IMG/VR virus record: IMGVR_UViG_3300010160_000037
Coordinates: 12,147 to 76,146 of that record
Strand: one strand, 5' to 3'
Length of the DNA: 64,000 nucleotides
Source of the DNA: a virus
The notes beneath the pieces were generated by a model, which did not search any database, was not told where the DNA came from, and was given only the letters and a program-made list of their open reading frames with translations. The translations under genes were made by a program, and so were the position numbers. Positions 52,022-61,900 of this stretch are shown piece after piece; the first letter of the stretch is position 1; every line of letters begins with the position of its first letter.

Positions 52022-53630
52022 TTTTTTAGAGTTTTGTAAGCATTATAAAGATTATATCTTTGATATATACTTTACATCAAGAATTGCACCGTTTAATCAA
52101 GATGCAATGGGAGACATATTTGTTTCTCAGCAAGACGCATTTTCTGTAATAGATGCCGCGTTCAACCTTAACAGGGAGACCGGCATCCCTCTTTGTGCTA
52201 CTTTCAACAATATAGAAGTACCACCCACCCAAGAAAATCTCAATATTTGGCTAGAAAATTTCCAGCCGTTATATGATGCAGGCATTAGATCAGTAATTCT
52301 TCCGCACACACATTGGATGAGTACTGGACAGATACAAGCACGGTATCCTGATCTGTATGTTAAGAATACTATTCTGCGTAAGGTACGCACACCTTCTGAA
52401 TTTGTTGCTCATGCAAAAGCGGGCTTTGACTATGTGTGTATCGACCGTGATTTGATGCGTGACCAAGAAGCACTGGCCAGACTAAAAACTGCCAAATTGT
52501 GGGTCAAAGAAAATCTAGGTCGAGATGTTACTATCAGTCTCCTAGCAAATGAAGGTTGCTTAGGTGCTTGTCCAATGATGGATGAGCATTATCAATTCAA
52601 CAACACTAGAGATTCAAGTCGTCCACAATACTTCAATGATGCAATTAGTCGTGTAAGTTGCCCTAAATGGGATCACGAAGATCCGTCAGTTCCTCTAAAG
52701 ACTGCTAACCTGCCTCCTTGGAGAGAAGATTGGGTAGAGCTACTCGAATATGTTGATGTGTTTAAAATGCACGGTCGTGAAAGCATCGAACGATTCCACG
52801 AAACACTTGATATCGTTGCAGGATTTATCGAAGGCGATGAAATTCTGTTTGATGGATTTGAACAGTATATTGAAGAAGGTAACTTAACAGAAAAACCAAT
52901 CAACGTCTGGCGTGAAAAAATTAAAACGTGTAAATTTGACTGCTGGGAATGCCAATACTGCGATAAAGTTGTAAGTAAAAAACAAAGCGAACCGGTTAGT
53001 CCGAGGATCCAACAGGCCATTGATGCTGTGTTGAATAGTGCCATTGACATGATAAACATCGATGTTCCTGGGCTAACAAGTTGGAAGATGGAAAGCCTTA
53101 TCAATAAATTAGCTAAGAATTCTACACGCTATTTAGAAGTAGGTAGTGCATTAGGTGCAACTGCATGTGCCGCACTAAAAGACAATAACCTAGAAGTAAT
53201 TTGTATTGATACATGGCAAGACACTTACCAACCAGCAAATGATATCTTTGAAATGCCACCTAATAATAAAGAAGATTTTATTACCAACGTAAAACGATTT
53301 AAAGGTGACAACAAAGTTATAGTTTATGAATCAGATTTGTTTGCTGTTAACTTAGATGAAATAGATCCTGTAGACTTTTTCTTCTATGACGGACCACACG
53401 ATCCTAATACTACAGCAAAAGCTATCAAATACTTTTCTAAAATATTAGCTAATGAAGCATTTATTCTAGTTGACGATGCTAACTGGGAAGGTGTTGTTGA
53501 CGGAACTGACGCTGGTATCAAAGCCGCAGGTTTAGATGTTGTTTACTCTAAAGTAATTCTAAACAATCAGGAAGATTTAACTGCTTGGTGGAATGGATTC
53601 TACTTGTTAGTAGTCCGCAAATCAAGTTAA
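51936..53630 (+). CDS. U32-family (Fe-S) domain fused to class I SAM-dependent methyltransferase
   Basis: N-terminal DRDL.RD, LLANEGCLGACP, SC and FKMHGRE motifs, then CKFDCWECQYC. C-terminal YLEVGS..GAT, IDTW, FFYDGPH and LVDD.NW (Methyltransf_24-like). Confidence 0.7.
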   Translation: MKESQTSAKTQKIFSLPINPKLTEAQYFNFLEFCKHYKDYIFDIYFTSRIAPFNQDAMGDIFVSQQDAFSVIDAAFNLNRETGIPLCATFNNIEVPPTQENLNIWLENFQPLYDAGIRSVILPHTHWMSTGQIQARYPDLYVKNTILRKVRTPSEFVAHAKAGFDYVCIDRDLMRDQEALARLKTAKLWVKENLGRDVTISLLANEGCLGACPMMDEHYQFNNTRDSSRPQYFNDAISRVSCPKWDHEDPSVPLKTANLPPWREDWVELLEYVDVFKMHGRESIERFHETLDIVAGFIEGDEILFDGFEQYIEEGNLTEKPINVWREKIKTCKFDCWECQYCDKVVSKKQSEPVSPRIQQAIDAVLNSAIDMINIDVPGLTSWKMESLINKLAKNSTRYLEVGSALGATACAALKDNNLEVICIDTWQDTYQPANDIFEMPPNNKEDFITNVKRFKGDNKVIVYESDLFAVNLDEIDPVDFFFYDGPHDPNTTAKAIKYFSKILANEAFILVDDANWEGVVDGTDAGIKAAGLDVVYSKVILNNQEDLTAWWNGFYLLVVRKSS

Positions 53631-54050
53631 GATATCAATTACGGTATCTATCTTAGCTTTAATAATCTTATTATTAAGTGTAACACGCACACCATTGTGT
53701 AATGGCTTTGGTGTGTGCTCTATATCACACCATGCATACCCAACGTGTTCTTCGTTTAGTTTTGGTATGAATTCTTCTTTTGTTAGTAGCAAATATGTGT
53801 GGTAGTAAAACCCTTCGTCTTTGCTGGTAAACAACTCAAGGGGAACATACTTGTCTATTGATGGCAAGAAACCAACTTCTTCTGTGATTTCTCTGTTCAA
53901 TGTAGCAATAGGAGTACCGTCTAACGGCTCATTTTCGCCACCAACAATACCCCATGTGCCAGCAGTTTTACCTTGATTACGCAAAAGAAATAAAAATCTT
54001 TTAGTATCTGTTGCTAAAAATATTCCACCACTACAAATTATATTGCTCAT
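53622..54050 (-). CDS. Nudix hydrolase
   Basis: Nudix box GGENE.......LNREITEEVG and LNEEH..YAW; ATG 54050 overlaps gp15 TGA (ATGA). Confidence 0.85.
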   Translation of the reverse strand: MSNIICSGGIFLATDTKRFLFLLRNQGKTAGTWGIVGGENEPLDGTPIATLNREITEEVGFLPSIDKYVPLELFTSKDEGFYYHTYLLLTKEEFIPKLNEEHVGYAWCDIEHTPKPLHNGVRVTLNNKIIKAKIDTVIDILT

Positions 54051-55477
54051 AAAAATAATCGCCAATTACCAGATCGGTATTCACCTTCGTAACTCTTGCC
54101 CCACATGGAGCCATCCCAGACATATTGTATGCCTGTTCTAGTATTAGTTATATAAGTGAGATCAGTAACTGTGCGCGAATCGAAAACAACAGACCAGTGA
54201 GAACCGTTCCATGTTACGATATCGTTTGCGTATGCCACAAGATATGTTGCATCTGAATTACGCCAGGCTTTAGCCGCAGTATCGTTAGCAATAGCATAGA
54301 ATAATTTTGGATCTGTGTTAACATCTTCTAATATGAGATATCTTATACCAGCAACAGGATTAGCAGGATCAAATGTAGTGGGATCAACAATGGCATCAAC
54401 GTATGTTTTTCCACTACTTGGGGGAACTTGGGTGTTTGCTGGGATCGTATCTGAGTCTATGTCAAGATGCATAATAGACTCGTCATTAGGATCTAGACTA
54501 ATACGTGCAACTATCTCTGACCCGGACGGTTTCTTTATTCTAATTTGACTCAGTCCTGCTGTAAATTTTCCAGGATATAGATCTAATATTCGCAACCAGC
54601 TGATGTTTGTTCCATATTTAAACGGGACTTCATCATCAGTAACACCTTCGGCAGGTGCTAATAATTTTGCTGTGCTGTTTAGCACCAATATTCCCAAGTT
54701 ACCCAGTGTCGTGCCTTCTACTGATACTGCTTGTCTACCAGCAAAGTAGTCAACTTCTCCACCATTATGATATCCGCCTTCGTTTAGTGTTCCGGCAGGC
54801 TCGACAAATATTGAAGTGATGATGTTGGTAATAATGCCCATCTGTTTGACTTTTGCAGGAGTTGTTAACCATATAGGTGTTTCGAATTGCATAGTACAAA
54901 TGTCAATATCTTGCTCTGTACCCTGTGGAATTTGTCTACTACTAAAAGTTAGTTCAGTGAGTTCCAATGTACTTAGGCTGGTCCAATCTAGATAATTGTC
55001 AGTTGTTTGTAATTCTAAACTAGGTCGAAACAACACTAATAACTGTTCAATTAACTGTAATTTTTGATCTGTGTTAGTGGTCCAAATGTCTGCTTGGAAA
55101 GTTAAATCATAAGGAACAGGCATTAACCGTTCAACGGTGTAGTTTTCGCCCTCTACATTGATATACTCGTCTTGTCCTGTAGCAGGATTATACCAAGAAT
55201 CTCGCTCTTTGATATGCACCTTGCTGATATGTGTAGGTTCCTGTATTCTATTTCTAGCTACTTTAAGATCTTTAATGTAACAGGCGATAAAAGGAGCACT
55301 CGGAATAGTGTTTTCACTGTTCTTCTTTTGTATCTGTGCTACTTGTCTATTCATGTCACCGTAGCGAACAGGAACTTGCACAATTTTTCCCTTGGCATCT
55401 TTATAACTAAAGTTGCTCATTAGACGCATAAACTGTGTTAGATAACGTCTTATCTGTCCATCATAAAAGAACTCCAT
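54047..55477 (-). CDS. gp15: tail sheath stabilizer / completion protein with C-terminal extension
   Basis: FFYD.QIRRY..QF...FS, VPVRYG, MPVPYDL....DIW....DQKLQLIEQ.L..F.P. Confidence 0.8.
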   Translation of the reverse strand: MEFFYDGQIRRYLTQFMRLMSNFSYKDAKGKIVQVPVRYGDMNRQVAQIQKKNSENTIPSAPFIACYIKDLKVARNRIQEPTHISKVHIKERDSWYNPATGQDEYINVEGENYTVERLMPVPYDLTFQADIWTTNTDQKLQLIEQLLVLFRPSLELQTTDNYLDWTSLSTLELTELTFSSRQIPQGTEQDIDICTMQFETPIWLTTPAKVKQMGIITNIITSIFVEPAGTLNEGGYHNGGEVDYFAGRQAVSVEGTTLGNLGILVLNSTAKLLAPAEGVTDDEVPFKYGTNISWLRILDLYPGKFTAGLSQIRIKKPSGSEIVARISLDPNDESIMHLDIDSDTIPANTQVPPSSGKTYVDAIVDPTTFDPANPVAGIRYLILEDVNTDPKLFYAIANDTAAKAWRNSDATYLVAYANDIVTWNGSHWSVVFDSRTVTDLTYITNTRTGIQYVWDGSMWGKSYEGEYRSGNWRLFL

Positions 55478-55478
55478 C

Positions 55479-56687
55479 TTAATTGTCCGCCTTTGGTCTT
55501 AGTGCTTTACTTAATGACTGACGTTGCTGTACAACCTTAGTCCCGATAGTAGCAGTAGTTGTGTTATTGATAAAGCTGGTAACTTCTGTTTGTCTTGTTT
55601 GACTATTTGGTGTTTGTTGATTACCATTTTTTGGAGTATTGGTCACATCCATTCTAACATTATCTTCAAATTTAATCCAATGTGATCCGTTGAATCTAAA
55701 CAGTCGATTTGGAAAATAGTCTGTTCGTAGATGCATCTGGCCTAATATAGGTCGTGCTGGCCATTCTATTCCAAATGTGTAAGGTGAACCATTCGCAGGC
55801 TTGCCATCTTCGGTAATATAACCTACGTAATAGTTGTGATCAGGAGTGCGTAGAACCATAGATGCATCAATCGCCCCCTGGGCTGTAGTGTCTACGTTAG
55901 TATCACTAACATCTTCAACATCAGCGAACCCTTGATCATTCGTAGGAACTACATAAAACGGAGTTGTGTCATAGCCGCTTCTCGGAAGATCTGCTTCTGC
56001 TTGGGCCAAGACAGCATTGTTCGTTGCGATGGCACCGTTGTAATTAGATAGCAAATCTCTTAAGGTTTGATTCGTATCATTTCCTTGAGTATCTGTTTGC
56101 TTTTCATCTAATATTTCGCTAAACTCCTGACTATCTATCATTGGTACACATTTTAATTTTAGTAAATGTGGGTACCAAGTAGCACTAAATCCTGTTGCAG
56201 GACGAGTAACCTCCTGCACAACATAAAATCTTTTTAACGCAACCATTGCGTCATCTAATGCATACTCATCTTTTAAGTGGGGTAATTCAATAACATCCCC
56301 TGACATAATTTTGCGACCTAAGGACTCTACACTTGAGCGTAAATGTAGATGGAGCATGATGGCATCATTTTGTAAAAAAATACCAAATTGACTTAGATTA
56401 AAATCTAAATCTTGCATTGTGTATATTGATCGCATGATGTAAACATCTGGCGAATAATGACGATCTCTATTTTCCATTAGTAATACGTCTTGTATTCCTA
56501 ACTCACCTATTGGGTTAGTATTGACAGGAACAGACGGGCTTGCTTCTCCGTCTTGCGGATTTACAGGACCTAGGTATTTGTGTATATAGATATCGGTGCC
56601 CCCGACCTGAAATTGTTCATTAATCAACCGGTCTAGGAACTTGAAATCGTTGCCCTTTTCGGGACGGTATAAAGAGAGTCTTGGCAT
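55479..56687 (-). CDS. gp14: neck / head completion protein
   Basis: Start MPRLSLYRPEK at 56687, 7 nt after a minus-strand TAAATA; LSQFG.F, GDVIELP motifs; lies between gp13 and gp15. Confidence 0.65.
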   Translation of the reverse strand: MPRLSLYRPEKGNDFKFLDRLINEQFQVGGTDIYIHKYLGPVNPQDGEASPSVPVNTNPIGELGIQDVLLMENRDRHYSPDVYIMRSIYTMQDLDFNLSQFGIFLQNDAIMLHLHLRSSVESLGRKIMSGDVIELPHLKDEYALDDAMVALKRFYVVQEVTRPATGFSATWYPHLLKLKCVPMIDSQEFSEILDEKQTDTQGNDTNQTLRDLLSNYNGAIATNNAVLAQAEADLPRSGYDTTPFYVVPTNDQGFADVEDVSDTNVDTTAQGAIDASMVLRTPDHNYYVGYITEDGKPANGSPYTFGIEWPARPILGQMHLRTDYFPNRLFRFNGSHWIKFEDNVRMDVTNTPKNGNQQTPNSQTRQTEVTSFINNTTTATIGTKVVQQRQSLSKALRPKADN

Positions 56688-56694
56688 AGTAGTG

Positions 56695-56708
56695 TATTTA
56701 ACTAAATA
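56695..56708. promoter_or_regulatory. back-to-back late promoter boxes TATTTA-ac-TAAATA
   Basis: The 26-bp gap between divergent gp14 and gp13 holds both boxes and no SD. Confidence 0.7.
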
Positions 56709-56713
56709 TAAGC

Positions 56714-57472
56714 ATGAGTGATACAAGTAACGCCCGTCAAGAAATTATAGATTACGTTAAAAACATGCTAGGCGACGGCATGGTTGACGTTGAACTTGAG
56801 CCTAAAAATTATAACACAGCCATAGATCGAGCCCTAGCTGTATATCGTCAACGTAGTGCAAATAGTGTTGAAGAAAGCTATGCTTTTTTAACATTGGATC
56901 AAGACGTTAACGAATATCAATTAGCACCCGAAGTTATGAGTGTTCGTGAAGTATTTCGTAGAAGTATTGGTTCACGCACCGGCGGTGGCGATACTGGCAC
57001 TTTATTCGAACCATTTAACTTGGCCTATACCAACACATATTTGTTAAGTAGCAGTAACATGGGCGGATTGGCCACATATTTTGCGTTTGCAAGTTATCAA
57101 AATTTAGTGGGTAAAATGTTTGGTAGTTTTATTAACTTCCGATTTAACCCTGCTAATAAAAAACTAACACTAATGCAACGTCCTAGGGGACAAGAAACTT
57201 TGTTACTATGGGTTAATAATCATAGACCAGATTTTGATCTTGTAAGAGATCCTTATGCAGGTATATGGGTTAAAGACTATACATTAGCAAACTGTAAAAT
57301 TATTCTAGGTGAAGCTCGTAGTAAGTTTAGTCAAATTGCAGGACCACAAGGCGGCACCACATTAAATGGCGATGCTCTAAAAGCTGAAGGTCAGCAAGAA
57401 ATCGAAAAATTAGAAACTGCAATTAGAAATAGCGAAACAGGCGAAACTCCAATGTGGTTTGTAAGAGGTTAA
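56714..57472 (+). CDS. gp13: neck protein
   Basis: IIDY....LG...VDVEL, WVKDYTLA.CK..LG..RSKF..I.GP.GG.TLNG..L..E...EIEKLE motifs. Confidence 0.85.
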   Translation: MSDTSNARQEIIDYVKNMLGDGMVDVELEPKNYNTAIDRALAVYRQRSANSVEESYAFLTLDQDVNEYQLAPEVMSVREVFRRSIGSRTGGGDTGTLFEPFNLAYTNTYLLSSSNMGGLATYFAFASYQNLVGKMFGSFINFRFNPANKKLTLMQRPRGQETLLLWVNNHRPDFDLVRDPYAGIWVKDYTLANCKIILGEARSKFSQIAGPQGGTTLNGDALKAEGQQEIEKLETAIRNSETGETPMWFVRG

Positions 57473-57473
57473 T

Positions 57474-57869
57474 ATGAAAATACGTGAATTAATGGAAGCA
57501 CATTCCGGCGGTACTATTCCAAAAGACCTCAAAGATAAGAGCCAAGGGTCTATGCTGATGCGAGACAAAGGCGGCTATGATCGCAACTATCATTTAAATC
57601 GTATTATGATGGCCACAGCAATCGCCGACGGCTCTAGTAAAAAACCTGTAGAAATGGACAGTTCTAGCTTTACAGAAAAGTATAACGTGGCGTTCCCATA
57701 CACTGATCTAGAGCATCTTATGATGATGCAGGCCATGGCTACAATTCCCACAGATGGCAAAGAACTTGCCAAGCGAAGCAAGAGTGTAGAACCATCCGAC
57801 ACTAATATCCAAAGTCCAGTATCAAACTGGAACACAAAAAAGTCCACCAATAGATCCAAAAAGGATTGA
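57474..57869 (+). CDS. hypothetical protein, candidate internal head protein
   Basis: 131 aa; N-terminus MKIRELME resembles that of 752-1483. Confidence 0.65.
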   Translation: MKIRELMEAHSGGTIPKDLKDKSQGSMLMRDKGGYDRNYHLNRIMMATAIADGSSKKPVEMDSSSFTEKYNVAFPYTDLEHLMMMQAMATIPTDGKELAKRSKSVEPSDTNIQSPVSNWNTKKSTNRSKKD

Positions 57870-57894
57870 CCTTTACATCATATTGTAATAAAAT
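57866..57894 (+). promoter_or_regulatory. sigma70-type promoter for dNMP kinase
   Basis: TTGACC (57866-57871), 17 bp, TAAAAT (57889-57894). Confidence 0.65.
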
Positions 57895-57917
57895 ATAGTA
57901 TCGACTAAGGGGATACT

Positions 57918-58571
57918 ATGATTATTGGCGTGTGTGGATTTATTGGGTCTGGCAAAGATACCATTGCAGACTATCTAACTAACTTTCACGGCTTCCGTCG
58001 AGAATCATTTGCAAATTCCCTTAAAGATGCCGTAGCCCAGGTGTTTGGTTGGGACCGAACCATGCTAGAAGGCCGCACTAAACAAGCCCGTGAATGGCGT
58101 GAACAAGTAGATCCGTGGTGGAGTGAACGTTTAAAAATGCCTAACTTAACTCCACGCTGGATTTTACAATACTGGGGTACAGAAGTATGCCGCAAAGCGT
58201 TCCATGATGATATATGGATCGCCAGCTTAGAAAACAAACTACGTAATAGCAAAGACGATATTGTTATTAGTGACTGTCGTTTTCCTAATGAAATCAAGTC
58301 AATCAAAGATGCAGGTGGATTTGTTGTTCGTGTTGTTCGAGGCCCTGAACCTGAGTGGTATCAAGACGCTGTAAACATGAATGCCGGTGACAAAAATATG
58401 AGCTATGCAATCAGCAGTGAACGTATGAAACGCAGTAAAATACACGCCAGTGAAACTGCATGGGTTGGAACTAAGTTTGATGCCGTTATGGATAATAACG
58501 GAACCATAGACGATTTGTTTGCCCAGGTTAAAAGTCTGCTCGAAGATCCCCTCGTTTCCAAGGCAGTTTAA
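57918..58571 (+). CDS. deoxynucleoside monophosphate kinase (T4 gp1-like)
   Basis: MIIGVCGFIGSGKDT P-loop, SFA.SLKD, TPR..LQ.WGTE, VISDCRFPNE and H.SE motifs. Confidence 0.9.
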   Translation: MIIGVCGFIGSGKDTIADYLTNFHGFRRESFANSLKDAVAQVFGWDRTMLEGRTKQAREWREQVDPWWSERLKMPNLTPRWILQYWGTEVCRKAFHDDIWIASLENKLRNSKDDIVISDCRFPNEIKSIKDAGGFVVRVVRGPEPEWYQDAVNMNAGDKNMSYAISSERMKRSKIHASETAWVGTKFDAVMDNNGTIDDLFAQVKSLLEDPLVSKAV

Positions 58572-58866
58572 GTTGGTGCAATAATCTCTGACAGTTTGCG
58601 CATACTGTTTTAAGATTAGCATGCCGACAATTTTCTAAATTACCATCGACAAAAAATACATCAAATTGATCAGAGTATTTGCTTGTAAAGTTACATCTAT
58701 CACAAGTATCTTTTTTCTTGTATCCTGCTAACTGCCACTTGGCCATGCCTGGCTCTCGACCCCTCGAACAGTGGTCACACATCTTCCGATAGAAAGTTCT
58801 TTCACCTTTGCGATAATTAATAGCAACTGGTCTCTTCTCGCATGTTTTACATAATGATCTAATCAT
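58528..58866 (-). CDS. zinc-finger / degenerate HNH-fold protein
   Basis: Four CxxC pairs; DVFFVDGNLENCRHANLKTVCANCQR is an HNH-like core lacking the usual His residues. Confidence 0.7.
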   Translation of the reverse strand: MIRSLCKTCEKRPVAINYRKGERTFYRKMCDHCSRGREPGMAKWQLAGYKKKDTCDRCNFTSKYSDQFDVFFVDGNLENCRHANLKTVCANCQRLLHQLKLPWKRGDLRADF

Positions 58867-58967
58867 ACCCGCCCTTTTTGTGCCCTTTTCATAGGTATTT
58901 AACCAAGTAAAATTTGGTGCAACCGCTAAATACTGATGAACAAACCATTACATGGGAGATGCATAGA

Positions 58968-61900
58968 ATGGCAACATTAAATTCACCAGGCGTATCAGTA
59001 AGCATAGTAAACGAGAGTTTTTATACTCCGGCGGCCCCAGGGACCGTACCTCTAATCTTTATTGCAACTGCCGCAAATAAACAAAATTCTTCAGGAACTG
59101 GCACTGCGGCCGGTACTACAAGTAAGTATAAAAATCAAGTTTGGACTATTACAAGTCAGAGAGATCTTACAGATACATTCGGTACTCCATTCTTCGAAGT
59201 TGATTCAGGTAATAACCCAGTAAACGGCGGCGAGCGTAACGAGTATGGTTTACAAGCCGCATATTCAGTGTTGGGTGTAAGCTCAAGAGTATTCGTTGCT
59301 CGTGCAGATGTTGACCTTGGCCAATTAGTTGGCGAGAGTTCAGCACCTGTCGGAGCACCAACTGGTGGAACATATTGGTTAGATACTACGAATACTAAAT
59401 TTGGTGTATTTGAGTGGAACGCAACATCGGGCTCATTCAGTGTACAATCTTTATCAGTTATTGATACTACTAACTCTGCGATTTCAACAGTTAACGATGA
59501 TGGCGTAACAATTCAGCCAGGATTTGGAGCATTGGGCTCATATGCAATATGCACAGATCACGGCAATACTAACGTAGCTCAGTATAAGAACCAAGACGGT
59601 AATTGGGTTATAGTTGGTAGCTCAGGCGAAACAGCATTTGCTACAAACGCCAACGTAAGCACTTTCAAATCAACATCTTGGGTAACAAGTTATCCAACAG
59701 TTGCAAGTACAACATCAACAACTAATGCAAGTTTTGCTTCTGCATCAGGTTCGTTGATTATTAACGGTACTACTGTTGCAGTCAGCACAGCTTCTACAGT
59801 TGCAACCATTGCCGCAAGCATTAACAGCACATTACACACAAGTGGAATCGGCGCTAAAGCTGAAGCAGGTAAGTTAAACATCTATGTTGATGCACTTCCT
59901 GGAACAGTTACTATCGGCGGTACTAACAGCACGTTAGCTACTTTGGGCTACTCAGCTAAGACATATTACGGTCCACAGCTATTCGTTGGGCCACACACTC
60001 AATATCCAGATTTTAGCGCACGACCAAGTGGTTCTGTTTATGTTAAGACAACAAGCCCTAATCAAGGTGCAAGTTGGATTGTAAAACAATACAATGCGAC
60101 TGCTCAAAATTGGACACAAATTGCCGCACCTATCTATCCAGATGCACAAACAGCAATTTACAATTTAGATAAAGCATCAGGCGGTTCAAAGATTTCTGTA
60201 GGTACATTGTTTGTTGAAAGCAATTTTAACCACGGTAATGGAACAGCTACTACATCAAGTAACTTTGCTTCGCTAACAGATTTCCGTATTTGGAGACGCT
60301 CAGCAGTTGCCCCTACAACAATTACCAGCACTTCATTATCACCAGCACCTACACTACCAAACGGTTCAGTGTTAACGATCAAGGAAAGTGTTCCAGGTTC
60401 ATCTGCATTAACAAATGAAGTAGCAGTTACCTTAGTCGGTACAACATTGGCCGCATTAGTTACTAATATCAACGCAGGCGGATTAACATATACTTCAGCA
60501 GTTGCAAATGCAGACGGCACGATTTCAATCGTACACTCAACAGGTGGCGAGATCAAATTTAATGATCCAGGTAGCATCTTATCTGCCGCCGGTTTTGCAC
60601 CATATACATATAGCACAATAGCTGATACATGGACAGGTACTACAAACTTCTATGCCGCAGGCACAAAAGAAGTAGACGGATATGACTTTAAAGCAAGTAA
60701 CTGGGCTCCATTAGTGTTTACTTCACTAAAAACAGCTCCTACATCTAGCCCAGCAGACAGTACATTATGGTACAGCAACGTATTCAATACCGTTGACATC
60801 ATGTATCATAACGGTACTAAATGGACAGGTTACAAAAATGCTTTCCCAGCATCAGATCCAGCAGGTCCTATTATTTCAGTAACACAGCCTGTTACACAAA
60901 GTACTGGCGCCGCATTAGCCAACGGAGACGTTTGGATCCAAACAGGCGACATGGACATGTACGGCAAAGACTTTTATGTTTACAACGGTAACACATTGAA
61001 GTGGGAAGCACAAGATCCTACAGATCAAACAAGTCCGAACGGTTGGGTATTCCACGATGCACGTTGGGCCGCAAATGGTTATGCAACAACAGCAGGAACA
61101 CTTCCGCAGTTATTAGTCAGTGACTTTGTTGATCCAGATGCTCCAGATCCAGGTTTATATCCACGTGGTACACGCTTATGGAACCTACGCCGTTCTGGGT
61201 ACAATGTAAAACAATACATTGCAAACTATATCAATGTTAATGACAATAACGGTGTTAACATTCGTACAGGTGATCCAATGGACGGATCAAATGCAACAGT
61301 AATATACAATACAGCACGTTGGGTATCAGTAAGTCCTAACAACGCAGACGGTTCAGGCGCATTTGGTCGTCATGCACAGCGCGGCTTTGTTGTTAAGTCA
61401 TTCAAAGCGTTGATTGATACTACTGATGCATTGAAAGATACAGATACATTGGTATTCAACCTAATGGCTTGCCCAGGATATCCTGAAGCAATTACAAACA
61501 TGGTTGCATTAAACGGTGATCGCGCTCAAACAGCGTTTATTATCGGTGATACACCATTCCGCTTGAAAGCAACTGGTACAGAGATTCAAGCATACGGTAG
61601 CAATGCCGCGAAAGCAGTAGACAACGGCGAAGCTGGAGCAGTAACACGCGACGACTACACCGCATTGTTCTATCCAAGTGGTTATGCAAACGACAATGCA
61701 GGAAACTATATTGTTGTTCCGCCAAGCCACATGATGCTACGCACATTTATCAACAGTGATTCTAAATCATACCAGTGGTTCGCTCCAGCAGGTGTACGCC
61801 GTGGTACTGTAGATAATGCCTCATCAGTTGGTTACATCAATGCTGAAGGTGACTTTGTTCCGTCAGCATTACCACAAGGTATACGTGATGTAATGTCGTT

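Noticed and set aside
45883-53630. Diversity-generating retroelement or invertase-driven fibre switching
   Set aside because: No reverse transcriptase or recombinase, and I saw no adenine-variant template/variable repeat pair or flanking inverted repeats.
51936-53630. Calling the U32 protein a collagenase/protease
   Set aside because: That is a legacy family name; the Cys motifs and methyltransferase fusion fit an Fe-S modification enzyme better.
56688-56726. ORF-track upstream starts (56726, and likewise 734, 6759, 7279, 54065, 58914)
   Set aside because: They overlap neighbouring genes or promoter boxes, or lack an SD; downstream ATGs fit SD or TAAATA spacing better.
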